This document shows, piece after piece, positions 51,576 to 60,877 of a stretch of DNA of 64,000 nucleotides; the first letter of the stretch is position 1; every line of letters starts with the position of its first letter. The notes beneath the pieces were generated by a model, which worked only from the letters and a program-made list of their open reading frames with translations, had not been told where the DNA came from and searched no databases. The DNA comes from an uncultured delta proteobacterium (GTDB lineage Bacteria; Desulfobacterota; Binatia; UBA9968), in the NCBI GenBank assembly GCA_963745835.1, contig CAVUZH010000002.1, positions 23,062 through 87,061 on the forward strand. The letters run 5' to 3'. The position numbers and the translations under genes are program-made.

Positions 51576-51647
51576 AGAGCTTGGGATAAATCACCGCGGC
51601 TTTGCGCCGACGGGTCCGAACAGCGCTTGTCAAATGACAATCAACTC

Positions 51648-52652
51648 TTATTGAAGAAATAGTTTGTGAAATTCTTTACGCTTCTCAGCGTACACCTTCT
51701 CACCTAAGTCATCCATTTCGACGAACTCAATCTTGTCTGCATCCGGAACCGGCGGGTAAATACCCTTGCGGTTTACGAATTCGCCTGCTTTGGCCATGAT
51801 GCTCATGCTCTCTTCGTCGAGGAAGAAATCGATGAAAGCTTTGGCGGCGTTGGGGTGGGGCGCTTTGCGAAACAACGTCAAGTAACTCGCATCGCCGAGA
51901 AACTTACCCGTTCGCACGTAATCGATGGGCGCTCCTTTGGTGCCGTTAAGATACACATAATAAACGTAAGTTATACCGATGGGAAACTCTCCTGAGGTGA
52001 TCCGGTCTGCGGCGGGGTTGAAGGATTCGACAAAGGTGGGCTTCATCGCGGCCAGCTCGCGAATGAACTTTTCGGACTTCTCTTTACCGATCAGTTTGTG
52101 CACATTGGCGAGCCATTGGGCCGTGGTCGTATGTAGTGTCGGGTCGGCCATAACCAGTTTGCCACGGTATTGGGGCTTGACAAGATCTTCCACTGTCTTC
52201 GGCGCATCGCCGGGTTTGATGATGTTCTTATTATAGAGGATGCCGATGATATGGTTGCGCGCCCGCGGGCCTAACTCGGGATCGATCGCGTCACTGGGGA
52301 AATCTTTGCTCATCGGCGAATCGTATTTCGCTAGGATACCTTCCTTGAGCATGATTCGAGTCGTGTCCTCGGTAGACATGACGAGATCGAAGAGCGCTTT
52401 GCCGGCGCGCGCTTCGCTAAGCGCTCGCTCCGTAACTTTGGTCGCCGAAGTGCGCCAGTAGTCGATGGTAATCCCGGTTTTCTTCTGGAAAGCTTTGTGC
52501 AGCAACTCAAAAATATCGGTTTGCATGGTGCCGTAAAGCACCAGTCGGCCCTCCTTCTTGGCGGCTTCGATCAGCTTCGCATCCTGAGCGAAAGCGTTGG
52601 TCGCAACGCTCCATAAAATGAGCAAACCTATCGTTCGTGTCAATAATGACAT
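51648..52652 (-). CDS. ABC-type extracellular solute-binding protein
   Basis: Signal peptide, AAKKEGRLVLYG, YNKN and APHPNAAKAFIDF. Confidence 0.9.
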   Translation of the reverse strand: MSLLTRTIGLLILWSVATNAFAQDAKLIEAAKKEGRLVLYGTMQTDIFELLHKAFQKKTGITIDYWRTSATKVTERALSEARAGKALFDLVMSTEDTTRIMLKEGILAKYDSPMSKDFPSDAIDPELGPRARNHIIGILYNKNIIKPGDAPKTVEDLVKPQYRGKLVMADPTLHTTTAQWLANVHKLIGKEKSEKFIRELAAMKPTFVESFNPAADRITSGEFPIGITYVYYVYLNGTKGAPIDYVRTGKFLGDASYLTLFRKAPHPNAAKAFIDFFLDEESMSIMAKAGEFVNRKGIYPPVPDADKIEFVEMDDLGEKVYAEKRKEFHKLFLQ

Positions 52653-52661
52653 TGACCCTCA

Positions 52662-53702
52662 CTATATGCGGTAGAACTCTTTAGCATTGTCATAAAGAAT
52701 CTTCTGCTTGGTCGAATCGCTTAACTCTGGCCGGGCGAGCAATTCGGGAATGTCTTTAAGGAACTCTCCGTAAACACGCTCGTGCGGATAATCCGACGGA
52801 AACATCAGCCGGGCATCACCGATTACTTGAGTCACGTAGGCCAGCGAAGTTTCTTCCGGTTCGCAAGTGACATAGACGGCGCAATCCTTCACGTACTCGC
52901 TCGGTTTTTTTTTGATATTGGGGAAGGATCGGCCGCCGCGGGTTTCGTATTCGTAATCCAAACGATCCATCATGTAAGGGAGCCAACCGCAGCCCGCTTC
53001 GAGAAAGGCGAGTTTTAGACGCGGGAATTTTTCCAGTACGCCGTCACAGATAATACTGGTGAACTGAATCATCAGTGGAAAAGGGTGTTCAAGGGCGTGG
53101 ACTTGACCCTGGTCTTCGAAATAATCGAAGCCGTAACCGCGGCTCGGCGCGCCGTGAATTCCCAGCGGCACGCCGAGCTCTTCGGCGGCGCGAAAGATCG
53201 GATTGAAATCCGGGTGGCCGAAGGCTTTGCTCATGACTGTTGCCGACGGTAAGAATGCGCCCACCATATCGAGCTTTTCCACCGCGTGACGCAGCTCTTG
53301 AACCGCACCCTGCGGATCCTGAACCGGGAGCACAGCGACCCCCTTCAATCGTGAATCTGCTTTGCTGTAGCGAGCGTGAAACCAGTTGTTATACGCGCGC
53401 GATATCGAACATGCCCAATTTGGATCTTGCACCAAACCGATGGCGAGCGCCGCCGTTGGATAGAGTACGGTGCTTTCCAGCCCCATGTTTTCGACGAACC
53501 GGACAACATCTTGGGGTCGGGTCTCGATTACTTTATCGGGACGTCCGGCGCCCAGACCGCGCGGCCAACCGTCGAGAGACGGGAAAAGGGAATAGGCGCG
53601 TGCCCGGCGCGTGCCGCGATATTTGCCTTCGAAATAGTCCTCGATCTCTTCGTGATTTTCGTAGATATGACCGTCGGCATCAATGACCTTGGGATGTGTC
53701 AT
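52662..53702 (-). CDS. Amidohydrolase_2-family metalloenzyme (paralog of 23825-24910)
   Basis: IDADGH, LYPT, LGIHG, LEAGCGW and FPSDYPH. Confidence 0.9.
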   Translation of the reverse strand: MTHPKVIDADGHIYENHEEIEDYFEGKYRGTRRARAYSLFPSLDGWPRGLGAGRPDKVIETRPQDVVRFVENMGLESTVLYPTAALAIGLVQDPNWACSISRAYNNWFHARYSKADSRLKGVAVLPVQDPQGAVQELRHAVEKLDMVGAFLPSATVMSKAFGHPDFNPIFRAAEELGVPLGIHGAPSRGYGFDYFEDQGQVHALEHPFPLMIQFTSIICDGVLEKFPRLKLAFLEAGCGWLPYMMDRLDYEYETRGGRSFPNIKKKPSEYVKDCAVYVTCEPEETSLAYVTQVIGDARLMFPSDYPHERVYGEFLKDIPELLARPELSDSTKQKILYDNAKEFYRI

Positions 53703-53737
53703 GACAGTTCTCCGAATCTCTGAGGTAATCTCGGCTG

Positions 53738-53766
53738 ACCGTAGACTGTGCAAGTTCGAGTGTCAA
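53738..53766 (-). promoter_or_regulatory. Possible sigma70 promoter
   Basis: Minus strand TTGACA-17 nt-TACGGT, 36 nt upstream of the amidohydrolase ATG. Confidence 0.45.
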
Positions 53767-53782
53767 GGAACAGGTGAGCGCC

Positions 53783-53843
53783 GTTCAGGGGCTTCAAGCT
53801 TTGAAGATCGCAGCGTTCGAAGGTTCAAGGTTCAAGCGTTCGA
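53783..53843. repeat. Degenerate short GTTCAA/GTTCGA tandem units
   Basis: GTTCAG, CTTCAAG, GTTCGAA, GGTTCAA, GGTTCAA and GCGTTCGA cluster in 60 nt of intergenic DNA. Confidence 0.45.
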
Positions 53844-53965
53844 GGAAAAAGGAATTGTTGGAACTTCCCGACTTTCGAGAAGTACGAGAGTCCGGCTGGC
53901 AGATCCAATCCCCGGCCACAATCAAGAAAGCTCTCTTGGCAAGCGATTTAGGCCTACGTTTGTCT

Positions 53966-54955
53966 TTACTTCGAAATTCCGCCTTCGCGCATGACTTCAT
54001 CGAGCAGTGTTTCGTCGATGAGCTGTGCCGCGTTGATCGGCCGGTCCATTTTTTGCGCGGCACGGGCAAAGTCGACGAGCAATTGATATCCGCTTACCCG
54101 GTTTCTCCCATCCGGGCTGAGCAAATCCAGGAGCTGCTTGTAAGCCAAAGCCGCGATCTCTTGGTCCATGCTGAATTCCCGGGCGAGGAGCTGCGTAGTA
54201 TCGGCGCGGTTATCTCGGATATAATTTATCGAGCGAAGCGAAGCGCGGATGAATCGTTTTACCGTGTTGGGCTGCTTCTTGACCTTCTCGGCATTCACGA
54301 CCACAGCCGTGCCCGGAACATCAACATAATCTCGGGTCGTGGCGAGCTTCGAAAAGCCCTCTTTGTCAGCAAGGAAATTGAATGGCGAGCTCAACATCGT
54401 CGCGGCGATGGCGCCGGCTCTCAGCGCCGCAAACCGTTCCGGCGTTCCGCCCATGGCAAGGAGATTGACGTCGCGTTCCGGCTGCACGCCATTTTTGATA
54501 AGGATGCGCCGCACCATGGTATCGACGAGCCCGCCGGGATTGAGCGAACCGATCGGCTGGCCTTTGAGGTCGGCAATGCGGCGATATTTGGCCTGCGCGT
54601 ATAATCCCTGATCGACGTGAGCGTTGTAGCTCAAAACAATGCGCAACGGCGCGCCCGCTACGAAGGCGGTTACGGCGGTGGTACTGCCCATCGCAAAGTC
54701 GGCGTCATTGGTGAGCAACGTCTGGATATCCAACCCGCCGCGAATATAAACCAGGCTCACATGAAGTCCTTCTCTTTGAAAGAAGCCCTTCTGCCGCGCG
54801 GTCTCCAAAATAGGGAAGTTGGTGATGGATTTGCTGGGATAACTGACGACAATCTTCTCGGCGGGCGGGACGCTCTGACCGTGCGCGTGCGTTGCAAGGA
54901 CGGCAGCGACAATACCGCTTAACACAAACAAACAGATTTTGAATGAGGCCGGCAT
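53966..54955 (-). CDS. SsuA/NMT1-like ABC substrate-binding protein
   Basis: Signal peptide, KGFFQREGL, DLKGQPIG and ERFAALRAG. Confidence 0.87.
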   Translation of the reverse strand: MPASFKICLFVLSGIVAAVLATHAHGQSVPPAEKIVVSYPSKSITNFPILETARQKGFFQREGLHVSLVYIRGGLDIQTLLTNDADFAMGSTTAVTAFVAGAPLRIVLSYNAHVDQGLYAQAKYRRIADLKGQPIGSLNPGGLVDTMVRRILIKNGVQPERDVNLLAMGGTPERFAALRAGAIAATMLSSPFNFLADKEGFSKLATTRDYVDVPGTAVVVNAEKVKKQPNTVKRFIRASLRSINYIRDNRADTTQLLAREFSMDQEIAALAYKQLLDLLSPDGRNRVSGYQLLVDFARAAQKMDRPINAAQLIDETLLDEVMREGGISK

Positions 54956-55394
54956 GGTTCCTCTCGCGCCCGAGTCAATGCCGCGGCTTAAGGTACAAAG
55001 GGCGATCCGAACGCTTTGCTCTCATGAGATCCTCAATATTCGATGAGGTCTCAAAATGTCAACGACAAACAGCCCGGCGCCAGAACAACTTGAGTCTGAA
55101 TTCGAGTCCTTTGGCATCCCAGAGCCTCGGCGATTTTTTCGTCTTCTTAGTGGAGCACCGGACTGTTCTCCTGATAGCTTCCGAGCAGCGCCGTATTGGC
55201 GATAACTTTTCATCGCATATCCAATTGTAGGCCGTCTATAGGATCTCGTATTCTGGTTGGATCCATTTGGATACAGTGTTCTTTCCATGTGTCGAGTGAA
55301 AAAATGCCAGGGACTCTTTTCGGCTAACAAAACATCGAATAAGATCGGCTCCTAAGGTGAGTGCTGTCGGTCAATTTCTACTGGAGGAGCCGCG

Positions 55395-57089
55395 ATGAGC
55401 TTCAATTCATCGACATACGTAAATTTCGTCTCCGCAGCGAGCGCCGCACAGGAGAGGCTTTTTTTGCAGTATCTGGGACATCGGTCCGACTTCGACATCA
55501 TTATCATCGGTTCGGGAATCGGCGGTGGCGTGCTGGGCGACGACCTTGCAGAGCGCCTGGGCAAGCACAAACGAATCCTGGTTTTGGAAGCCGGATCGTT
55601 TCTGTATCCAACCCACGTTTATAACGTTTGTCGTTTTCCGAACGCGAGTCTAGCCAAGCATTTCGGCTGCGGTACCTTCTGGCAGTCCGGGAACGAACAA
55701 TCACAAAACTATATCGGCGAGCAACCGCAACTCAATTTCGGTGGCCGTTCGATTTTCTGGTCCGGCCTGATCCCGTCGATTCAGGGATGGGAGCTCGAAT
55801 TCTTTCCTGATCGCGTAAGACAGGATCTGCAGAGCGGCCTACTTGCGAGAGCAGGCGAGACGATGAACGAATCGCGATCGATGGGGACGACGGCGCAGGC
55901 GATCGTCAGCAAGCTGCGGCAGAGTCCGTTGGCGCAGGACTTTTCGATTCAGGAGACGCCGCGTGCGCTGCACCAGCCTTATTTGACGTCGGAGGGCGTT
56001 CCCAGCGATCAATTTTTTACCGAACCGACCGGTGTATTTAACACCGCGGAGCTGCTCATCAACCAGGCGGGCCTGACTCCGGGTGTAAACCATGGCGATG
56101 GTCCGGGAGTCCAGCTTCTACTGAATCATTTCGTCGAGGATGTGCAGAATGCCGATGGTAATCGTTTCGAGCTTGTGACGCGCAATACCCTGACTGGCCA
56201 AATACGAAATTTCAATGCCGGCACAGTGGTGCTGGCCGGAGGCTCCATCGAGAGTCCGAAGCTGTTGCGCCGCTCGAGCCTATTTCCCTGGCTGCCTGAT
56301 GGCGTCAAAAGTCTGGTGGGGCGCGGTCTCACAGACCACCCGACCAGCAATGAGATTACCACGTTCGTGACTAACATCGGCAACGTGCCGATACCGAAAG
56401 ATTCGCATGCCAAGATTGTCTTCTACTCGCGCGGTTTACGCGATTCGCAGAACCAGATTCGGTATCCGTTTAATGTCGAGATGAACATCAACCACGAATA
56501 CTGGCATCTCCGCGAGAATGATCCGAAGGAGAGGGATTCAGGCGGTGCGATGCCCAACGCTAACAGCGGCGCCTCCAGAGTCGATATCAAGTTTAGCTTC
56601 GGCAACTGTCTCGATAACACCAACGAGGTTCTGCCGGCCCCTCCGTTCGGGTATGTGCCCCAAGTAAATTTCCGAAACTTGAAATGGATGGACCATCTGG
56701 CGCAATCGCGTTTTCCAGCGCTTGCGGGTTGGCAGAAAAGCTACGATGAAATTTTTGCCGTGCTCAATCAGGTGACGTACCAAATTTTCTCGCAATTTCA
56801 GCAGGACGGGCACGAAGCCCGGCCACTAAACGAGAGCTGGTATGGCATGGACGGCAAGGGTTTCGGGTGGGGCACGGTGCATCACGCGGCCGGTAGCCTC
56901 CGCATGCCGCACCGGACGAGGTATGACGGACCCATCGAGTCGCAATCAGTTGTGGACGAGAATTTACGCGTTGTCGGCACACAGCATCTTTATGTCTGCG
57001 ATATGTCGGTGATGCCGTTCAGTTCGGCAGCGAATCCGGTGCGAACACTGGTTGCGCTCGCTCTGCGGTTATCGACGCACTTTGGATAG
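55395..57089 (+). CDS. GMC-family FAD oxidoreductase
   Basis: GSGIGG, LEAG, GGRSIFWSG, ESPKLL, TDHP, HHAAGS, DMSVMP and ANP. Confidence 0.85.
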   Translation: MSFNSSTYVNFVSAASAAQERLFLQYLGHRSDFDIIIIGSGIGGGVLGDDLAERLGKHKRILVLEAGSFLYPTHVYNVCRFPNASLAKHFGCGTFWQSGNEQSQNYIGEQPQLNFGGRSIFWSGLIPSIQGWELEFFPDRVRQDLQSGLLARAGETMNESRSMGTTAQAIVSKLRQSPLAQDFSIQETPRALHQPYLTSEGVPSDQFFTEPTGVFNTAELLINQAGLTPGVNHGDGPGVQLLLNHFVEDVQNADGNRFELVTRNTLTGQIRNFNAGTVVLAGGSIESPKLLRRSSLFPWLPDGVKSLVGRGLTDHPTSNEITTFVTNIGNVPIPKDSHAKIVFYSRGLRDSQNQIRYPFNVEMNINHEYWHLRENDPKERDSGGAMPNANSGASRVDIKFSFGNCLDNTNEVLPAPPFGYVPQVNFRNLKWMDHLAQSRFPALAGWQKSYDEIFAVLNQVTYQIFSQFQQDGHEARPLNESWYGMDGKGFGWGTVHHAAGSLRMPHRTRYDGPIESQSVVDENLRVVGTQHLYVCDMSVMPFSSAANPVRTLVALALRLSTHFG

Positions 57090-57157
57090 TGAGTCTCACG
57101 TTAAGGTCTGGTGAGAATTCATCCTTATTGACATTGGTAAGGTGAATTGGATGAATA

Positions 57158-58204
57158 CTATGTTGCTAGCAATAGATATCGATGGTCGTCGCGACATAAC
57201 TTTGTGCCGAACGTGGAAGACAGCCGAGCGACGTTGTCCATAATTGCAGCTGATCCTGGTTGGTCAGGTCCTAATAAAGCAGGCTGCTCTTTTTCGTTGA
57301 GCGCGCTTGGAATGGCAGCGATTGTCGATATCTTATGATTGCGTAGCTCTGCCACGGCGACCAAACCATTTCGATATCCCCGAGCCGGTTTAAAATCTGA
57401 TCCGAAGATAAAATTACCCAAACTATAAAAGATCGGTTTCCCTTTGTAGATTTCCACGGCTTGGATAACGTGTGGGTGGCTTCCGACCACCAGATCGGCG
57501 CCGGCGTCGACAGCCGACCGTCCCAAGGTGGTCTGATACTGGCAGACTTCGTACTGACCCGAAACTCCCCAATGGAAATAGACGATCACGACGTCCACTT
57601 TTTTGCGGAGTTCGATGATGTCGTTCCTTACTTCTTGGAGCTGCTTTTCATCGGGATGGGTCAGGGTCGTCGCAGGCGCGCCGGGCATCTCAAAAAGTCG
57701 CCGATGGGGCTCATACGAAGTATAAACTTTCACACTCGCAACGCCCGCTTTGCTTTCAGTCGCCGCCTGTCCGACCGGCCAAAATACCGACGTATAGGAA
57801 AGCAGACCGAACGTTGTATCCTTCGCTCCGAATATCGCGGGGCGCCGCGCTTCCCTGACGTTCATCCCGGCGCCGGCATGTCCGATATTGTATTTCTCGA
57901 GTAAAGACAGAGACTGTTTTATTGCATCGTCTCCGAAATGAACGTTGTTGGCGCAAGCGGCGGCGTTGATTTTGAGTTCAGCGAGCACGTTAACAAAGTC
58001 TCGATTGCAATGGCGCCAACCCGGCTTATGCTGAAGCAACACGTCGGGATCGAAAAGACACCCTTCAAGATTGCAGATTTTCACATCGAAAGCGTCGAAA
58101 TCTTCCCTCACCAGATCCAGCACATTCGCTGGTTCGATTGGGCTGCCGAGATTGATGTCTCCCACTAATGCCAGCGACAAATCGCGCTGCGTGTCACTCG
58201 CCAT
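57158..58204 (-). CDS. CapA/PgsA-family metallophosphatase-fold protein
   Basis: VGDIN, NLEG, ANNVH, FHWG, GSHPHV and YSLGNF. Confidence 0.88.
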   Translation of the reverse strand: MASDTQRDLSLALVGDINLGSPIEPANVLDLVREDFDAFDVKICNLEGCLFDPDVLLQHKPGWRHCNRDFVNVLAELKINAAACANNVHFGDDAIKQSLSLLEKYNIGHAGAGMNVREARRPAIFGAKDTTFGLLSYTSVFWPVGQAATESKAGVASVKVYTSYEPHRRLFEMPGAPATTLTHPDEKQLQEVRNDIIELRKKVDVVIVYFHWGVSGQYEVCQYQTTLGRSAVDAGADLVVGSHPHVIQAVEIYKGKPIFYSLGNFIFGSDFKPARGYRNGLVAVAELRNHKISTIAAIPSALNEKEQPALLGPDQPGSAAIMDNVARLSSTFGTKLCRDDHRYLLLAT

Positions 58205-58293
58205 TTTTGCTCCTCGTTGGTACGTTTAACTTAGTGTCAAGCAAATGTCTATTTAGGTTGCCGCGGACGGAGTTGTCGCACTCCGCCGCTTCA

Positions 58294-58333
58294 TGTGAGC
58301 CGCTATTGTGAGCGCTCGGTTACTATTGTGAGC
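58294..58333. promoter_or_regulatory. Triple direct repeat TGTGAGC (two copies of CTATTGTGAGC, 20 bp apart), candidate operator
   Basis: Copies at 58294-58300, 58303-58313 and 58323-58333 in the divergent capA/mmgE intergenic region. Confidence 0.5.
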
Positions 58334-58419
58334 ACCCTGAAAATGGGATATGGGTTTTTTGCGTTTATCACTTGCCCGTCGATTCGATACCAGCATTTCA
58401 ATATAGAGGAGAGCGCTTC

Positions 58420-59799
58420 ATGAACGAGACGAGCGACCTAGCCAAATGGATGGTGGGGTTGAAATGGGTGGACATTCCCCGCGGAGTCATCGACTATTCG
58501 AAAATTCTTGTTCTCGATACCCTGGGCTGCATGTTAGGCGGATCGATTCAGGACAGTAATAAAGCTGCCCTTCGTTATACTCGCGCAATGGGCGGCTCGC
58601 CCGATTCAACGGTGGTCAATTATGGAGACCGAACCAACCCTTTTAACGCCGCCTTTATAAATGCTTCCTTCGGCCACGGTTGGGACTTCGACGACATGAT
58701 CAATGCCGGCGCGGGGCATGCCGTGAGCGCTTGTACGGCCGCGACGATGGCGTTGGCGGAAAAAGAAATTATTAGCGGGAGAGAGTTTCTCGAGGCTTGG
58801 ATCACGGGTTACGAAGTCTCCAATCGTGTCGGCGCCGCCACAAAGCCGGGGCACTTGAAACGGGGTTTTCACGAGGTCGGGACGATCGGTCCCTTTGCTG
58901 GAAGCGCTGCCGCAAGTAAAATCTTGCGGTTGAACGAATGGCAAAGCGAGAATGCAATTGGGATTACCGTGAGCCAGGCGGCCGGAACCTTCCAGCACAG
59001 CCAGACCACCGGCGGCGCGATCAAGAGGTGTCATGCCGGTTTTGCGGCGGCGAGCGGAGTTCGATCGGCGTTGTTAGCAAAGGAAGGAATGACGGCTGCA
59101 AGGGAAGCTCTTGAAGGCAAGAAGGGCTTTGTCTTGTGCCACGCCGGGGACGAGAATGACATGGACGCGATTACGCGAGACCTGGGTGAGGACTGGTATA
59201 CGACCAAAGCGGCTATGAAACCATACTCGTGTTGCGCGGGCCAGTACGGCATGCTCGACATTATCTATAAGATGAAGGGGAAATACGACCTCAAGCCGGA
59301 AAATATTGAAAGCATCAAGCTCTGGGGCAGCATCCGAAATCTGTGGATGGTAGGCACGATCAAAGGTGAAGAGGTCAAGGATATCTTCGGCGCGCAGTTC
59401 AGCGCCAGATTCGGCGTGGGTCTGGCGTTGGTCGTGGGAGAAAACCGGATCAAAGCTTATCACCAGAATATTCCGCCTTTTGGCAAATGGGCAGAAGTTG
59501 TCGAACTGGCTAAAAAAGTGGACGTGTACAACGACGACGAGATTCCGGAACGCGGCCCCATCTTCGGTTATGCGAAATGCGAAATCCAATTAAAAGACGG
59601 TCGCACGTTGAAGGGTGAGTCGGGATCGCCCATGGGTTTTCCGGGTAACCCGATGCAACGGGAAGAGCGTCTGGAAAAGTTTTACGGTCAGGCGTTGCTA
59701 GTCCAGACTAAAGAAAAGGCCGACAGGATTGTCGAACTGGTTGAGAATCTCGAAAACCTAGAGGATATCCGGCCGATCGTCAGAAATATGATTTGCTAG
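58420..59799 (+). CDS. MmgE/PrpD-family protein
   Basis: LDTLGC, DFDD..GH, RGFH, KRCHAG, LEGKKG, KPYSCC, AQFS and GFPGNPM. Confidence 0.9.
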   Translation: MNETSDLAKWMVGLKWVDIPRGVIDYSKILVLDTLGCMLGGSIQDSNKAALRYTRAMGGSPDSTVVNYGDRTNPFNAAFINASFGHGWDFDDMINAGAGHAVSACTAATMALAEKEIISGREFLEAWITGYEVSNRVGAATKPGHLKRGFHEVGTIGPFAGSAAASKILRLNEWQSENAIGITVSQAAGTFQHSQTTGGAIKRCHAGFAAASGVRSALLAKEGMTAAREALEGKKGFVLCHAGDENDMDAITRDLGEDWYTTKAAMKPYSCCAGQYGMLDIIYKMKGKYDLKPENIESIKLWGSIRNLWMVGTIKGEEVKDIFGAQFSARFGVGLALVVGENRIKAYHQNIPPFGKWAEVVELAKKVDVYNDDEIPERGPIFGYAKCEIQLKDGRTLKGESGSPMGFPGNPMQREERLEKFYGQALLVQTKEKADRIVELVENLENLEDIRPIVRNMIC

Positions 59800-59821
59800 A
59801 TTGGTTACGGTCGAGAGCGAC

Positions 59822-60763
59822 ATGAGCGAAGGATCCGAGTTCGATATTGTTATCATCGGCGGAGGAGTCGCTGGCCTTAGCGCTGCATTGTTCGCGGCGC
59901 GCTTCGGACATTCGACAATGGTCATTGAGCGCTTTGCGCCCGGCGGTCATTTGGTGAACGTCGAGAGCATCGAGGACTTTCCCGGGTTTCCGAACGGCGT
60001 GCCGGGGTATGAGCTCGGTCCACTAATGCAAGAGCAAGCCGCTAAATATGGTGCTGAGTTTCAAATGGCCGAGGTCGAAAGCATTGAGGCGGTGGAATCG
60101 TACTGGCAAGTGAACACCGCTGAAGGCATCTGTCGCGCCAAAGCGGTGATCGTCGCAACCGGGTCTCATCCAAAGGATCTGGGCGTGCCGCGTGAGAGCG
60201 CACTGCGTGGGCAAGGGGTTTCTAATTGCGCCAGTTGCGACGGACCTCTGTTTACCGATCAAGTGGTCGGAGTTGTCGGCGGAGGGAGTTACGCCCTGCA
60301 GGAAGCGTTAACCTTGGTAAACCACGCCTCTCAAGTGATCTTGTTTCACGATCAAAGAACGCTCTCCGCTCCGCAGACTCTCCAGCAAAGAGTGCTCAGC
60401 CATCCTAAAGTAGCCGCGCGCTACAATACGACGGTGGAAGAGATCCAGGGAGATGATGCAGTTACGGGTGCCGCGGTTCGCGATACCCTCACCGGAGAAA
60501 AATCTCAAGTTCAGCTCGCCGGGATGTTCATATATGCAGGCTTGGAGCCGAACACGGACTTTTTGAAAAACCTTCTGCGGTTGGATCACGATAATCGGGT
60601 GCCAACTGATGGCTGGATGCGGACTGAACTCCCGGGTCTGTTCGCGGCAGGAGATTTACGAACGGACTGCGCGGGGCTGGCGATTACCTCAGCTGGTGAT
60701 GGTGCAGCCGCGGCTATAGGAGCTCACGGATACCTCGAAGACCGGGTATGGAGACAAAAGTAG
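59822..60763 (+). CDS. Thioredoxin reductase-like flavoprotein with an atypical pyridine-nucleotide site
   Basis: GGGVAG, DFPGF, ATGS, GVSNCASCDG and GLFAAGD. It has GGGSYALQEA and HDQRTLS where GGGD/NxAxEEA and HRRxxxR are expected. Confidence 0.88.
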   Translation: MSEGSEFDIVIIGGGVAGLSAALFAARFGHSTMVIERFAPGGHLVNVESIEDFPGFPNGVPGYELGPLMQEQAAKYGAEFQMAEVESIEAVESYWQVNTAEGICRAKAVIVATGSHPKDLGVPRESALRGQGVSNCASCDGPLFTDQVVGVVGGGSYALQEALTLVNHASQVILFHDQRTLSAPQTLQQRVLSHPKVAARYNTTVEEIQGDDAVTGAAVRDTLTGEKSQVQLAGMFIYAGLEPNTDFLKNLLRLDHDNRVPTDGWMRTELPGLFAAGDLRTDCAGLAITSAGDGAAAAIGAHGYLEDRVWRQK

Positions 60764-60877
60764 CACCTGGGGACTGCGGAACGACGCACGATATCTCCAT
60801 GTAAATTTCGTCTAAAAATGAGATAGACGTATCATGCTTTTTAGCAGAGCGTATAAGAAAAGGGAGGGCAGCAACCT

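Noticed and set aside
58305-58317. lac operator or vector contamination
   Set aside because: Only a 13-nt partial match, embedded in native direct repeats, with no other vector sequence.
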